A stretch of DNA of 64,000 nucleotides from a bacterium (GTDB lineage Bacteria > Desulfobacterota > DSWW01). Where the stretch lies: the NCBI GenBank assembly GCA_040756235.1, contig JBFLZG010000126.1, forward strand, positions 161,564 through 225,563, in the 5' to 3' direction. Numbering within the stretch: the stretch's first letter is position 1; every line of letters begins with the position of its first letter. Both the position numbers and the translations under genes were made by a program. Under the pieces are notes generated by a model. The model saw only the letters and a list, made by a program, of their open reading frames with translations, was not told the DNA's origin and searched no databases. Positions 19,311-29,536 of this stretch are shown here, piece after piece.

Positions 19311-20236
19311 AGTCGGAAACGACCTGCGATCTGTGCGGTCGGCGCGATCCTGCGCTGCGCTACCGCCTCGGCTCGATCGAGGTCGTGCAATGCCCGGGGT
19401 GCGGCCTGGTCTTTGTCCATCCGGCGACGCGCGCCTCCGAGCGGGCGCTGTACGATGCCGAGTACTTCCGGGAGCGCTCCGAGTACTTCCGCCCATCGGC
19501 GGCGGACAGCGGCCCTCTGCCCCGCGGGGAGCACATCGAAAGCTTCCGCCTGGGGCTGGAGATCCTCGGCCGGCACAAGAGCCCGAGGGGGGATGGCTGC
19601 TCGGCGGCTGGCATGCCGGGTGCCCAGGGCAGGTTGCTCGACCTGGGCTGCGCCGTCGGCGTCTTCCTCCGGTTGGCGGAAGCGGCCGGCTGGGACGCCT
19701 GCGGGGTCGACGTCTCGCCGTACGCCACTGCGGTCGCGAGGAAGCACTGCCGCGGGGAAATCTTCACCGGCAGCCTGGAGGCGGTCGGATTTCCGGATGC
19801 GTCCTTCGACGTGGTGACCTTGTGGGACGTCGTGGAGCACCTCGATCGGCCGCGCGAGACGTTGCGGGAGGTCCGCCGAATCCTGAGGACCGACGGGCTC
19901 ATGCTGGTCGACACGCCGAATGAGGACTGTCTGATGCGCCGGGTGGCTCACGAGCTCTACCGGTGGTCCGGCGGCCGGTTCTCCTATCCCGTGAGAAAGC
20001 TCTATCACGCGTACCACCAGTACTACTTCTCCGAGCGCACGCTGCGGATGCTCCTGGACGGCTGCGGTTTCGAGGTGACGGCGCTCCTCAGGAAGTCGAT
20101 CCCCCGGGAGAAGGGGCGAGGCAGCCCGCTCGAAAGGTCTCTGGTGAAGCTCTTCGGGCTGTTGGAAAGACCGCTGGGAATGGACTTCGAGCTCATGGCG
20201 CTGGCCTGCAAGAAGACCCGGGACGAGGCGGAATGA
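19298..20236 (+). CDS. Class I SAM-dependent methyltransferase with N-terminal CxxC pairs
   Basis: CDLC, CPGC; LLDLGCAVG; FDVVTLWDVVEHL. Confidence 0.88.
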   Translation: MANLKSETTCDLCGRRDPALRYRLGSIEVVQCPGCGLVFVHPATRASERALYDAEYFRERSEYFRPSAADSGPLPRGEHIESFRLGLEILGRHKSPRGDGCSAAGMPGAQGRLLDLGCAVGVFLRLAEAAGWDACGVDVSPYATAVARKHCRGEIFTGSLEAVGFPDASFDVVTLWDVVEHLDRPRETLREVRRILRTDGLMLVDTPNEDCLMRRVAHELYRWSGGRFSYPVRKLYHAYHQYYFSERTLRMLLDGCGFEVTALLRKSIPREKGRGSPLERSLVKLFGLLERPLGMDFELMALACKKTRDEAE

Positions 20237-21951
20237 AAGTCTTCATCATCGGGCTCGACGGGGCTTCCCTGGACCTCCTGCTTCCCTGGATCGAGGCCGG
20301 ACAGCTTCCGGGGTTTGCCCGGCTCGTGCGCGAGGGCTGCCACTCGAATCTGGAGTCCGTACCCAACCAGCGGAGCGCCGCCGCCTGGACCAGCTTTCAA
20401 ACGGGCAAGAACCCGGGCAAGCACGGCATCTTCGAGTTCTACGAGCGCATTCCGAACACCTACGACATCCGCTTCGTGAACGGGGGCAACCGGGACGGGG
20501 CGAGCTTTTTCCGATTGGCGAGCGACGCCGGCAGGTGCGTGGTCGCCATCAATGTGCCGATGTCCTATCCCGCAGAGGCGGTGAACGGCGCCATACTGGC
20601 CGGCCTCGACGCTCCCGGCAGCCGCAGCAAGGGCTTTTCCCACCCCCCGGACCTGATCGATGAGGTCGAGGCCGCGACCGGAACGTACGTCATCGAACCC
20701 GGGCTTACCGGCTGCATCGTCAACGGGGAGATCGACCGGGCGGTGCGCCTTCTGCAGGAGGAGCTGGACTCCAAGATCCGGGTCACGCGATTCCTGATGT
20801 CCGAGTATCCTTGGGATCTCTTTGTCACGGTGTTCCGCAGCACCGATGCGGCCCACCACTGCTTCTGGAAGTACCACGACTCGGAACATCCCCTGTTCGA
20901 CCGGACCGCTGCACGCAAGTATGGCTCTGTCATCCTGGAGGCTTATCAGAGGATCGATCGCTTCCTTCTGGAGATCCTGGACGGCCTCGGCGGCGACACC
21001 ATGCTCCTGATCGTCTCCGACCACGGCTGCGGCCCCAAGCACCCGGCCGGCAATCAGCTCAACCTCTGGCTGGAATCCATGGGGTATCTCGCCTACGAGA
21101 AGGACCGTGCCGGCCCCGGGAACCTCGTGACCCGCCTGGTCGGCGAGGCCTACAGGTGGACGCTGGCCAAGACCCCGCGCCGCACCAAGGAGCATTTGTG
21201 GAGGGTGCTGCCCGGGCTCCGCAACCGCGTGCAGGCGAGGCTCTGCTTCTCCGGAATCGACTGGGCCCGCACCCGGGCTTTTTCCGACTCGCTCTTCCCG
21301 AACGTCTGGATCCACGTCAAGGGCCGGGATCCTTTCGGCATCGTGGAGCCCGGACGTCCGTACGAGTCGCTGTGCGACGAGATCGCCACCCGTCTGCGAG
21401 CCAGCCGGGACGAGGCATCCGGCCAACCGATCGTGGACGAGGTGTTTCACCGAAGCCGGATCTACAGCGGCCTCCACGTGGACGGGGCGCCCGACCTGCT
21501 GGTGCGCTGGCGGGAAGACACCCGGATTCGCGGCCTGGCGATCCCGTCGCAGCCGGACGGAGTTTCCGGCAGCGCGCGGCGCCGGGCAGACGCCGGTCGA
21601 CCCTTCATCCCGGGCGAGGATTACCGGGTCATCAGCGGGGACCACCGCCTCAACGGGATTCTGCTCTGCAAGAGCCCGGCCCAGGGGGCGCCGGGGCGGC
21701 TGCAGTGCAGGGCCGGCCTCGTGGACGTGGCTCCGACGGTCCTCTACGCGCTGGGAGTCCCGATCCCGGACGACATGGACGGTGAGATCGTCACCCCTCT
21801 TTTCGGACCGGCCTTCCTTGCGTCGCACCCTCCGTTGCGCCGGAAGCCGGAGGCAGGCGGCGGGGCCGGCCCGCCGCAGGTGACGTCTTATGCGAAGGAG
21901 GACGAAGAGCAGGTTCGCCAGAGACTGCGGGGTCTGGGTTACCTCGAATAA
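20233..21951 (+). CDS. Alkaline phosphatase superfamily protein (type I phosphodiesterase/nucleotide pyrophosphatase-like)
   Basis: ATGA overlap; IIGLDGA, SAAAWTSFQTGKNPGKHG, VSDHG, GDH, C-terminal RLRGLGYLE. Confidence 0.88.
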   Translation: MKVFIIGLDGASLDLLLPWIEAGQLPGFARLVREGCHSNLESVPNQRSAAAWTSFQTGKNPGKHGIFEFYERIPNTYDIRFVNGGNRDGASFFRLASDAGRCVVAINVPMSYPAEAVNGAILAGLDAPGSRSKGFSHPPDLIDEVEAATGTYVIEPGLTGCIVNGEIDRAVRLLQEELDSKIRVTRFLMSEYPWDLFVTVFRSTDAAHHCFWKYHDSEHPLFDRTAARKYGSVILEAYQRIDRFLLEILDGLGGDTMLLIVSDHGCGPKHPAGNQLNLWLESMGYLAYEKDRAGPGNLVTRLVGEAYRWTLAKTPRRTKEHLWRVLPGLRNRVQARLCFSGIDWARTRAFSDSLFPNVWIHVKGRDPFGIVEPGRPYESLCDEIATRLRASRDEASGQPIVDEVFHRSRIYSGLHVDGAPDLLVRWREDTRIRGLAIPSQPDGVSGSARRRADAGRPFIPGEDYRVISGDHRLNGILLCKSPAQGAPGRLQCRAGLVDVAPTVLYALGVPIPDDMDGEIVTPLFGPAFLASHPPLRRKPEAGGGAGPPQVTSYAKEDEEQVRQRLRGLGYLE

Positions 21952-21966
21952 GGGACGGTGTTTCAT

Positions 21967-23403
21967 ATGGCTTGCCGAAGGAAAGCGGTCGTCCTGGGTG
22001 CGGGCTTCGCCGGGCTGTGGATGGCCGACCGGCTTCTCGATCAAGGGCTTGAGGTGGAGCTCCTCGAGCAGAACGAGCAAGCCGGCGGCCTCATGGAGAC
22101 CGTCCTTCACGAGGGCCTTCCGCTGGACCTGGGACCCCACATCCTGCTCGCGCCCGGGCTGACCCATTACCGGAGGATTCTCGGAAGCGAGCTGCTGAGC
22201 CTGCGCGGGTTCTATGCCTTCGGGTGCCGAGGGAAGCAGATTCCTTCTCCGCTTTCCCCTGTCAACCTGCTCAAGACCCTCGGTCCGTTCGGGGCCCTGC
22301 CCTTTGCCGCGGGCATGGCCTGGCAGCGGGTGCCCGGCGTGCCTCCGAGACCTCCGTGGAAGAACCTGGAAGAGCTGCTGGTCGCGCGGTTCGGCCGCCC
22401 CGTGGTGCGCGCCTTTTTCTCCGATTACGTCCCGAAGGTGAGCGGTCTGCCTGCATCCGCCGTGTCGCAGGACTGGTTCCTGGAGCGCCACCGATTCTAC
22501 CAGGAGCACAACCTGGGGAGCCGCTGGCTCCGGACTGCGGCCTCCTCCTGCCTGGACGCGTTGCGGCGCAAAGGACCGCCGGAGCAAGGCCTGGAGATCT
22601 ATTACCCGTCCGGCGGCGCGCAAAGGCTGACCGACAACCTCTGTGCGGCCATCCGAGCCAGGGGCGCGGCCGTCCGCCTGGGGACCCGAGTCACCCGGAT
22701 CGGTCTGGACACAGACCGTGTGCGTTTTGCCGAATGCAGGACGGCCGATGGGCGTGCCTCCAAAGCGGAGGGCGATCTGTTCGTCAGCACCGTCCCGCTG
22801 ACCCACCTCCCCGGGTTGTTCGGCGGGGCCCTGGGCCCCGAGGCCGAAGCCGCGGCCCGCGCGCTCGGCTGGCGCCATCTGTGCCTTTATTACCTTCAGG
22901 TCGATCAGGAAAGGGTCTCGAACAAGATTCAGATCTATTTCACCGAGGACCGATATCCGTTCAAGAGGATTTACGAGCCCAAGAACCTGATCGCGCCCCC
23001 GGGCTCCGAGGGACGCACCGTGCTGTGCGCCGAGATCTGCTACGGCGGCGGGGACGGAACCGGAGAGCTCGACGAGGCCGGGGTGCGGGAGGAGGTACTT
23101 GGGGGCGTCTGCCGGTTTTACCGGGTGCCCAGGGAACGCCTGCGTTTCCTGTTCTCGCGCAGGGTCCCGCATGCCTATGCGGTCTACCGGCTCGGCTACC
23201 GGGGACCTCTGCAACGGATGGCGGCCGCCCTCTTCCGGATCGACAACTTCATTTCCTACGGACGACAGGGCTCTTTCCGCTACAATCACCTGGTCGACCG
23301 CATCATCGACGCCTCGGAGGCGGTCGTCGAGTACGTCGGCCGCAGCAGCGGCCGCAAGAGAGATTTTCTGGGAGAGCCTCGGGCCAAGTCTGATTTCTTT
23401 TGA
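21967..23403 (+). CDS. FAD-dependent oxidoreductase (UDP-galactopyranose mutase/protoporphyrinogen oxidase-like)
   Basis: GAGFAGL, GGL, DLGPH, YYPSGG, GRQGSFRY. Confidence 0.82.
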   Translation: MACRRKAVVLGAGFAGLWMADRLLDQGLEVELLEQNEQAGGLMETVLHEGLPLDLGPHILLAPGLTHYRRILGSELLSLRGFYAFGCRGKQIPSPLSPVNLLKTLGPFGALPFAAGMAWQRVPGVPPRPPWKNLEELLVARFGRPVVRAFFSDYVPKVSGLPASAVSQDWFLERHRFYQEHNLGSRWLRTAASSCLDALRRKGPPEQGLEIYYPSGGAQRLTDNLCAAIRARGAAVRLGTRVTRIGLDTDRVRFAECRTADGRASKAEGDLFVSTVPLTHLPGLFGGALGPEAEAAARALGWRHLCLYYLQVDQERVSNKIQIYFTEDRYPFKRIYEPKNLIAPPGSEGRTVLCAEICYGGGDGTGELDEAGVREEVLGGVCRFYRVPRERLRFLFSRRVPHAYAVYRLGYRGPLQRMAAALFRIDNFISYGRQGSFRYNHLVDRIIDASEAVVEYVGRSSGRKRDFLGEPRAKSDFF

Positions 23404-23443
23404 GCTCAGCGAGGACCCGGGGCATGATCAGGAGCCGACGAAC

Positions 23444-24853
23444 ATGACGGACCTTCCCGTCGTCATCCTGGGAGCGGGTCTGGCCGGCCTGAGCGCAGCC
23501 TACCATCTCAGAAGGCCGTACCGGGTGTTCGAGCGCAACGGGCGCGTGGGCGGGCTCTGTCGCTCCGAGACGACGAACGGGTTCACCTTCGACTACGCGA
23601 TCCACATCCTCTACAGCAGCGATCCCGTTGCCACCGACCTGATCCGGAACAAGCTGCTCAAAGACAATGTTCACGTTCAGGACCGGAGCTCCTGGGTCTA
23701 CTCGAAGGGCGCGTTCACCTTCTACCCCTTCCAGGCCAACACCTTCGGGTTGCCCGTGGAGGTCGTCGAGGAGTGCGTCCTGGGTCTCATCCAGGCGACC
23801 TACGAGCGCGACCCGGGCAAGGCGCGGGATTTCAAGGAGTGGACCTACGCCACCTTCGGAGACGGGATCGCCAGGCATTTCATGATTCCGTTCAACGAGA
23901 AGTGCTGGGCCATCGACCTCTCCCGCATGAGCATCGGCTGGATCCGCGACCGGGTGCTGCAGCCGAAGATCGAGGAGGTCCTGCACGGCGCCCTCGTCGA
24001 GCAGCGCAAAGGGTTCGGGCCGAACGCGAAATTCTGGTATCCCCTGCGCGGAGGCATCGAGGCGTTGCCCAGAGGATTTCTGCCGTACCTGGATGTGGAA
24101 CGGATCCACCTGAACAGGGAAGTGGTGAGCCTGTCGCTCGGAGAGCGCCGGCTGCGCCTCGCGGACGGAGAGACCGTCCCCTACGAACGCGTGGTCTCCA
24201 CCTTTCCCTTGCCCAAGCTCTGCTCCCTGGTCTCCGACCTGCCCGATCGGGCGCGCGAGGTCGTCCGGCGCCTCGAGCACAACACGATCTGGGGCGTCAA
24301 CTTCGGGGTGAGGAGGCCTTCGATCACCGACAAGCACTGGATCTACTATCCGGAGCCGGAATACCTTTTCCACCGCATCAGCTTTCCGATGAATTTCTCA
24401 CCGAGCATGGCCCCGTCCGGCTCGAGCTCGATCACGGCGGAAGTGTCCGCGTCGAAGTACAAACCGGTCGATCTCCGGAGCCTCGAGCGCCGCGTCCTGG
24501 CAGACCTCAGGAAGACGCCTTTTCTGCAACCGGGAGACGAGGTGGTGTCCTGCGGCACCCTGGAGCTGACGCCCGCTTACGTCACCTACCACCTGAGCCA
24601 CCGCGAGGACGTGGACGAGCTGAAGGGGTTCCTGCGGACAGAGGGGATTCATTCGTGCGGGCGCTTCGGCGACTGGGAGTACCTGAACATGGACCACTCC
24701 ATCCTGTCGGGCAAGAGGGCTGCCGAGGAGATCGAGACCCTCATGCTTGAGGCCGGGTCCGCAAACCCCTCAGGAAGAGCGAAAAGCCGGCCACCAGGAA
24801 GATCGCTCCCAGCGCGCAGTCCCCGACGGCGAGCCCGTAGCACCCCACGATGA
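23444..24853 (+). CDS. Second FAD-dependent oxidoreductase of the same family
   Basis: AGGAG RBS; GAGLAGL, GGLCRS, FWYPLRGG, GRFGDWEYLNMD. Confidence 0.85.
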   Translation: MTDLPVVILGAGLAGLSAAYHLRRPYRVFERNGRVGGLCRSETTNGFTFDYAIHILYSSDPVATDLIRNKLLKDNVHVQDRSSWVYSKGAFTFYPFQANTFGLPVEVVEECVLGLIQATYERDPGKARDFKEWTYATFGDGIARHFMIPFNEKCWAIDLSRMSIGWIRDRVLQPKIEEVLHGALVEQRKGFGPNAKFWYPLRGGIEALPRGFLPYLDVERIHLNREVVSLSLGERRLRLADGETVPYERVVSTFPLPKLCSLVSDLPDRAREVVRRLEHNTIWGVNFGVRRPSITDKHWIYYPEPEYLFHRISFPMNFSPSMAPSGSSSITAEVSASKYKPVDLRSLERRVLADLRKTPFLQPGDEVVSCGTLELTPAYVTYHLSHREDVDELKGFLRTEGIHSCGRFGDWEYLNMDHSILSGKRAAEEIETLMLEAGSANPSGRAKSRPPGRSLPARSPRRRARSTPR

Positions 24854-24902
24854 ACGAGGAAAGACCCAGGTAGACCTCCATTTTCTCCCCTCCGGCCGCT
24901 CC

Positions 24903-25868
24903 TCACAGCCACGAGCGCAAGAGCCAGTAGACCAAGACCGGGCAGAGCCCGGCGAGCACCTTGAGGTTGATCCGGAGCCACATGTTCCGGAAGTAGGCGC
25001 TGTACTCCCCTCTTCTCCAAGTCTGAGCCAGGTCGTAGATGGCGAAGGAGCAGAGCGCCGAGAGAACCAGGAAGAAGACGGAACCGAGCCCGGAGAGCAC
25101 GAGCCAGAAGGAGAGAGCCAGGGCGCTCGAGAGCAGCAGGCCCATGAGCAGATACGCCCTCCCGTAGCCGAGGGCCAGCACGGAGTTGGTCTCGACCTGC
25201 GCGTCGTCGCTGAAGTCCCGGGACTCCTGAGCCATCTGGATGGAAACGGAGACCAGGACCAGGACCGCGTAGATGGCCATGTTGCGGGGCGTGGGGCCGG
25301 GGATGGCGAGGGTGGTGAACAGAAAAGAGTAAGAAAAGACCAGAAAAGCGTGCGCGACGAGGTCCCAGCCGACTCGTCCCTTCAAGCGCAAGGGGGGCGC
25401 GCTGTAAGCGTAGCTGGCCGCGAGGAAGGCGCCGGACAAGAGGAGCACGGGCCAGCCGAGGAACAGCGGCAGGAGCAGCCCGGGGACGGCGATGAAGCCC
25501 AGCACGACGCGGGCTCGAGGCAGAGGGAGCTCGCCCGACGAGATGACGTTGCGGCGCTTCTTCACCTCGTTCAGCGAATCGACCTCGCGGTCGAAGTAGT
25601 CGTTGACGGCGAACAGGAACGCCTGGTGAAGGAAGACGATCGGCAGGACCAGCAGCAGGGCCGAGTGGGGTTGCGGAACTGCGACGAAGACAAAGACGAT
25701 GGCAGACTTGATCCAGTGGGGCGGCCGGGTGAATCGCAGAAAGAGCGCCGCCTTTCCCCGGGGCAGGCTCTCTCCGCGCAGCAGGCGGATCTCCCAGTCC
25801 CGCGTGAAGTAGGCCACCGCCGCGATCAGCGCAAGCTCGACGACCAGCAGGAACTCCACCATGGGCAT
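24903..25868 (-). CDS. UbiA-family membrane prenyltransferase
   Basis: RPPHWIK, NDYFDREVD first Asp-rich motif, YSAPPLRLK, RDFSDD second motif; TM helices; start 11 nt after the FabH stop. Confidence 0.85.
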   Translation of the reverse strand: MPMVEFLLVVELALIAAVAYFTRDWEIRLLRGESLPRGKAALFLRFTRPPHWIKSAIVFVFVAVPQPHSALLLVLPIVFLHQAFLFAVNDYFDREVDSLNEVKKRRNVISSGELPLPRARVVLGFIAVPGLLLPLFLGWPVLLLSGAFLAASYAYSAPPLRLKGRVGWDLVAHAFLVFSYSFLFTTLAIPGPTPRNMAIYAVLVLVSVSIQMAQESRDFSDDAQVETNSVLALGYGRAYLLMGLLLSSALALSFWLVLSGLGSVFFLVLSALCSFAIYDLAQTWRRGEYSAYFRNMWLRINLKVLAGLCPVLVYWLLRSWL

Positions 25869-25879
25869 TCCCCCGCTCG

Positions 25880-26938
25880 CTAGATCTCCACGAGCTCGGA
25901 AAGGTGACAACCGCCCAGCTCCAGCGCGGCCGTCGCCCAGGACAGACCGGCGCCATAGCCGCACAGCACGACCCTTTTGCTCCCCGAAGCGAGAGACTCT
26001 TTCATTTCCGTGACGAGGGTCAACGGAATGGAGACGGCGCCGGTGTTGCCGAACCGGTGCAGGGAATGCAGGGCCTTCTCTCTGGGGTGCTTGAGCTTCT
26101 TGGCAAAGAAGTCGGTGATCAACTTGTTGGCCTGATGATAGACGACGTAGTCGACGTCCTCCCACGTGAGCGAGGCAAAGCGGAGCAGATTGCGGATGTC
26201 CGCCGGAACCTCTCTCATGGTGAAGTTGAAGACCTCGATCCCGTCCATGAAGAGGTGGTGGTCGCTGCGGACGCTGCCGTCTTCGCGCCTTCTCTCGCAA
26301 AGCGTCTCCGCGGACGCCGGATGTCGGTAGGCCCCAGCCGGAATGCGGATCACCGACTCGCCGGAGCCGTCCGAGCTCAGGGAAAAGAACGAGACCCCCT
26401 TGTGATCCTGCCGTTCGATCAGGGTCGCGCTGCCCGCGTCGCCGAACAGCAGGCACGTGGCCCGGTCCTTGGGAGACACCGTCTTGGAGAACGTCTCGCC
26501 GGCGAGCAGCAGCACCCGGCGGACGTCCGGCAGCGACGCGTACGCGAAAGCCGTGCTCAGCGCGTAGACGTACCCGGAACAGGCGAGGTTCATGTCGAAG
26601 GACCCCGCGCTCTTCGGCAGTCCGAGCCGGTGCTGCAGGATGGGCGCGGTGGCCGGCTGAGCGAAATCGGGGGTCTGGCTGAGGAAGATCAGGAGATCGA
26701 TCGAATCGGTCGCCACGCCGGTCTCGGCGAGCAGCTTCTTGGCCGCTTCGCAGCAAAGGTCCGAGGAACAGACGTCCTTGTCGGCGCAGCGCCTCTCGGC
26801 GATCCCGGTCGTGCGGATGGTGTTCTGTATCTCCTCGAGCGTCAGGGGCCCTTCAAAATCGACGTTGCGCGTCACCTTCCTCGGCACGCAAGCGGCGATC
26901 CCGGCGATGCCGACGCCCTGGAACCGGACGAACCCCAT
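25880..26938 (-). CDS. 3-oxoacyl-ACP synthase III (FabH-like)
   Basis: TGIAERR, ACSG (Cys), FGDAG, HQAN (His), GNT (Asn), GYGAGLSW. Confidence 0.92.
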   Translation of the reverse strand: MGFVRFQGVGIAGIAACVPRKVTRNVDFEGPLTLEEIQNTIRTTGIAERRCADKDVCSSDLCCEAAKKLLAETGVATDSIDLLIFLSQTPDFAQPATAPILQHRLGLPKSAGSFDMNLACSGYVYALSTAFAYASLPDVRRVLLLAGETFSKTVSPKDRATCLLFGDAGSATLIERQDHKGVSFFSLSSDGSGESVIRIPAGAYRHPASAETLCERRREDGSVRSDHHLFMDGIEVFNFTMREVPADIRNLLRFASLTWEDVDYVVYHQANKLITDFFAKKLKHPREKALHSLHRFGNTGAVSIPLTLVTEMKESLASGSKRVVLCGYGAGLSWATAALELGGCHLSELVEI

Positions 26939-28269
26939 TATCGCACCTTCTTGAACCGGTCCGAGACCGGTATGCGTTCGGCGATTTCCACGTGCGCCGG
27001 AATCTTGAAGCTCTCGAGCCGATCCTTGCAGTGGCTCCGCATGCGCTTCTTCAAAGAGGACAAGGGCTCATCCGCCGCCAGAGTCACCTTGGCCGCAACC
27101 ACGCTCCCCATGATCGGGTTGGGCCGCCCGCACACCGAGACCTCTCTCACGTTGTCCATCTCGAGCAGCACCGACTCGACTTCCGCGGGGTAGACCTTCT
27201 GCCCTCCCACGTTGATGATATCGGTGTCCCTGCCCAGGATCCGGATCCATTCCCCATCAACCTCGACCTTATCGCGGGTGTTGAACCATCCCTGCTCATC
27301 AAACGGACAAGGAGCGTTCAGGTAGCCGAGCATCGCGGTCCTGGCGCGCACCTGCAGGACCCCGTCCACGATCCTCGTCTCGTAGTCTTCCCCGCCGACC
27401 TTGATCCACAAGGAATCGGAGGCCCTGGACTCGGACCTCAGGATGCCCAGCTCCGAAAGCCCGTAGGTCTGCTTCAGACGCACGTCCGGGAAGAGCTCAT
27501 GCAGTCTCTTCAAGGTGTGCTGCGGCATGGCCTCGGTGCCGTAGGTGATCATCTTCAGAGAGGAAAGATCGCGCTTCTCGTAGGCGCGGGTCATCAGGAT
27601 CATCTGGAGGAAGCTCGGGGAGGTGGGAAGCAGCTCGATCCGGTGCGTCTCGATGAGCCTGCAGACGCTCTCGGGGTCGCGCTTCTCGGTCACCACCAGG
27701 GTGCCCGCGTTCGACAGATTGTAGAAGAGCGTGTTGATTCCGCCGATGTGATCGAACAGCAGGAAGGCGATGGAGCGCAGGGTCTTCTTCCTGACCTGGA
27801 ACTTCTGCAGCAGAGGGACGAAGTCGTGGACGGCCGCCTTGCTCTCGCCGGTCGACCCGGAAGAGAACAACACCAGCCCGGGACGGCCCTTCTCGACCAG
27901 CGCTCGCAGGAACGGATGCGCGGCGCGGGCTTGCCGCTTCCGGTGCGCGATCTCGTCCCCCTGGAATTCCACGACATGCTCGACCTCCGCGATCCGGCAA
28001 AAGAGGTCGAAGGTCCTGACGGCGTGGCTCACCGGAACCACGATGTTCCGGTTGCGCACGAGGGCGATGAGCCATGCGATGGACCGTGGGTTGAAATCCG
28101 AGCGGAGCGAGACGACGGTCCCGGGCGCAACGCCTTGCCCGGCCAGGACCTGCGCGGCCGCCTCGATGTTTTCGAGCAGCCAGCCGTAAGCGTATGCCTC
28201 GTCCCGCCAGATCACGGCCGGATGGTCTTTGCTAGCGCGAAAGCGCTCGAGCAGGAAATCGACCGGCAT
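26938..28269 (-). CDS. AMP-binding acyl-CoA/acyl-ACP ligase
   Basis: FSSGSTGESK, YGLSE, GRDTDIINVGGQKVYPAEVE, FKIP. Confidence 0.9.
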   Translation of the reverse strand: MPVDFLLERFRASKDHPAVIWRDEAYAYGWLLENIEAAAQVLAGQGVAPGTVVSLRSDFNPRSIAWLIALVRNRNIVVPVSHAVRTFDLFCRIAEVEHVVEFQGDEIAHRKRQARAAHPFLRALVEKGRPGLVLFSSGSTGESKAAVHDFVPLLQKFQVRKKTLRSIAFLLFDHIGGINTLFYNLSNAGTLVVTEKRDPESVCRLIETHRIELLPTSPSFLQMILMTRAYEKRDLSSLKMITYGTEAMPQHTLKRLHELFPDVRLKQTYGLSELGILRSESRASDSLWIKVGGEDYETRIVDGVLQVRARTAMLGYLNAPCPFDEQGWFNTRDKVEVDGEWIRILGRDTDIINVGGQKVYPAEVESVLLEMDNVREVSVCGRPNPIMGSVVAAKVTLAADEPLSSLKKRMRSHCKDRLESFKIPAHVEIAERIPVSDRFKKVR

Positions 28270-28980
28270 TCAACTCACCCCGCACAGGTAGAGGACCTGC
28301 CCCGTCACCTTCCCGCTCTTCTCCGAGAGGAAGAAATCCAGGACATTGGAAACGTCTTCGAACGTGCCCAGCTCACGGATGGCCTGCCGCGCCAGAAGGT
28401 CGCCCATCTTCTGCTCGGAGACGTTGCGGATCAGGTCGGTCGGTATCGGCGATGGGCCGATCGCATTGCAGGTGATGCCGGATGGAGCGAGCTCGCGGGC
28501 GAGGACTCGGGTGAGGGTCTCGACGGCTGACTTCGCAGCGGCGTAGGCGGCCTCCCCCTCCAGGGCGAGGGGAACGGCAACGGAAGAAAAGTTCACGATG
28601 CGGCCGAAGCGCTGTTTGGTCATGATCTTGCCCGCTTCCCTGCAGAACAGGAAGGTGCCGAAAAGGTTGGTGGAGACGATTCGTTCGACCATGGACAGGG
28701 GCGTCAGGAGCGAATGGTTCAAGATGGAGACGCCGGCATTGTTCAGGAGGTGGTCGATCCGGCCGTGCTTCCGGTAGACGCGGGTGACCATGGACCGCAC
28801 GGCCTTCTCGTCAGCGACGTCCAGCAGGAAATGATCGTAATTCGCATGCACCAGATCGGACTCCGTGCGCGAACAACCGGACACGCAGTGCCCCTTCCCC
28901 AGGTAATACTCGGCCAGATAGCGCCCGATCCCCTTGCTGCTTCCGGTGACCACGGTGACCTTATGCATCGGCTGCTCCAA
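28270..28980 (-). CDS. SDR oxidoreductase (3-oxoacyl-ACP reductase-like)
   Basis: TGSSKGIG, NNAG, YAAAK; start may be ATG near 28968. Confidence 0.9.
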   Translation of the reverse strand: MEQPMHKVTVVTGSSKGIGRYLAEYYLGKGHCVSGCSRTESDLVHANYDHFLLDVADEKAVRSMVTRVYRKHGRIDHLLNNAGVSILNHSLLTPLSMVERIVSTNLFGTFLFCREAGKIMTKQRFGRIVNFSSVAVPLALEGEAAYAAAKSAVETLTRVLARELAPSGITCNAIGPSPIPTDLIRNVSEQKMGDLLARQAIRELGTFEDVSNVLDFFLSEKSGKVTGQVLYLCGVS

Positions 28981-29254
28981 CGGAGCTGGAGATGAATTCG
29001 GCCAGCGTCCGGACCGTGCGAAACGGGCTCCTGCTTCTCGACATGGCGCTCTCCGAAGTCAGGGAGACTTCCAGGCCGGCGTCCAGCAGAGTGGACTCGA
29101 TGTCGATGATCAGGTTCACCAGCCCCATGGAATCGATCACGGATTCCTTGCCCAACAGAATCGTCTCCTCCGACGGCGTCACGGGTATATCGTGGGCCTC
29201 CAGGTACTCCCTGAGGCATCGCAGGACGATCTCACTGGCTCGAGCTGGGTCCAT
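28961..29254 (-). CDS. Acyl carrier protein
   Basis: IDSMGLV phosphopantetheine site; acidic 97-aa protein; FRTVRTL. Confidence 0.82.
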   Translation of the reverse strand: MDPARASEIVLRCLREYLEAHDIPVTPSEETILLGKESVIDSMGLVNLIIDIESTLLDAGLEVSLTSESAMSRSRSPFRTVRTLAEFISSSVGAADA

Positions 29255-29480
29255 TCCGGCCGTTCTCCACGACGTAGGCGTACATGTCGGCCACCGTTCG
29301 AAATTCCATCAGATCGGAGCGCGGTATGGTCAGCTCGTAGCGGTCGTTGATGGCTTCGAGCAGCGCCAGGACCGACAGAGAATCCCACTCCTCGTATTCC
29401 CAGAAGCTGTCCGCCATCCGCACCGTGCCCGGCTCCCTCTCCAGGGCTTGGGCGAACAACTCCAGAAAATCGGCTTCCAT
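29232..29480 (-). CDS. Acyl carrier protein
   Basis: GAGGAAGGAGAGG RBS; WDSLSVL site; acidic 82-aa protein. Confidence 0.88.
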   Translation of the reverse strand: MEADFLELFAQALEREPGTVRMADSFWEYEEWDSLSVLALLEAINDRYELTIPRSDLMEFRTVADMYAYVVENGRNGPSSSQ

Positions 29481-29536
29481 ACCCTCTCCTTCCTCACACG
29501 CGAATCCGGAGGACCAGCGGGATCGGAGCCTCCGGC

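Noticed and set aside
20023..23289. 1088-aa minus-strand ORF
   Set aside because: Antisense shadow of motif-bearing plus-strand genes; no recognisable domain; expected in high-GC coding DNA
25880..26938. FabH-like gene as the missing HMG-CoA synthase
   Set aside because: It has the KAS III Cys-His-Asn pattern and FGDAG, sits in an ACP cassette, and I could not recognise HMG-CoA synthase-specific motifs
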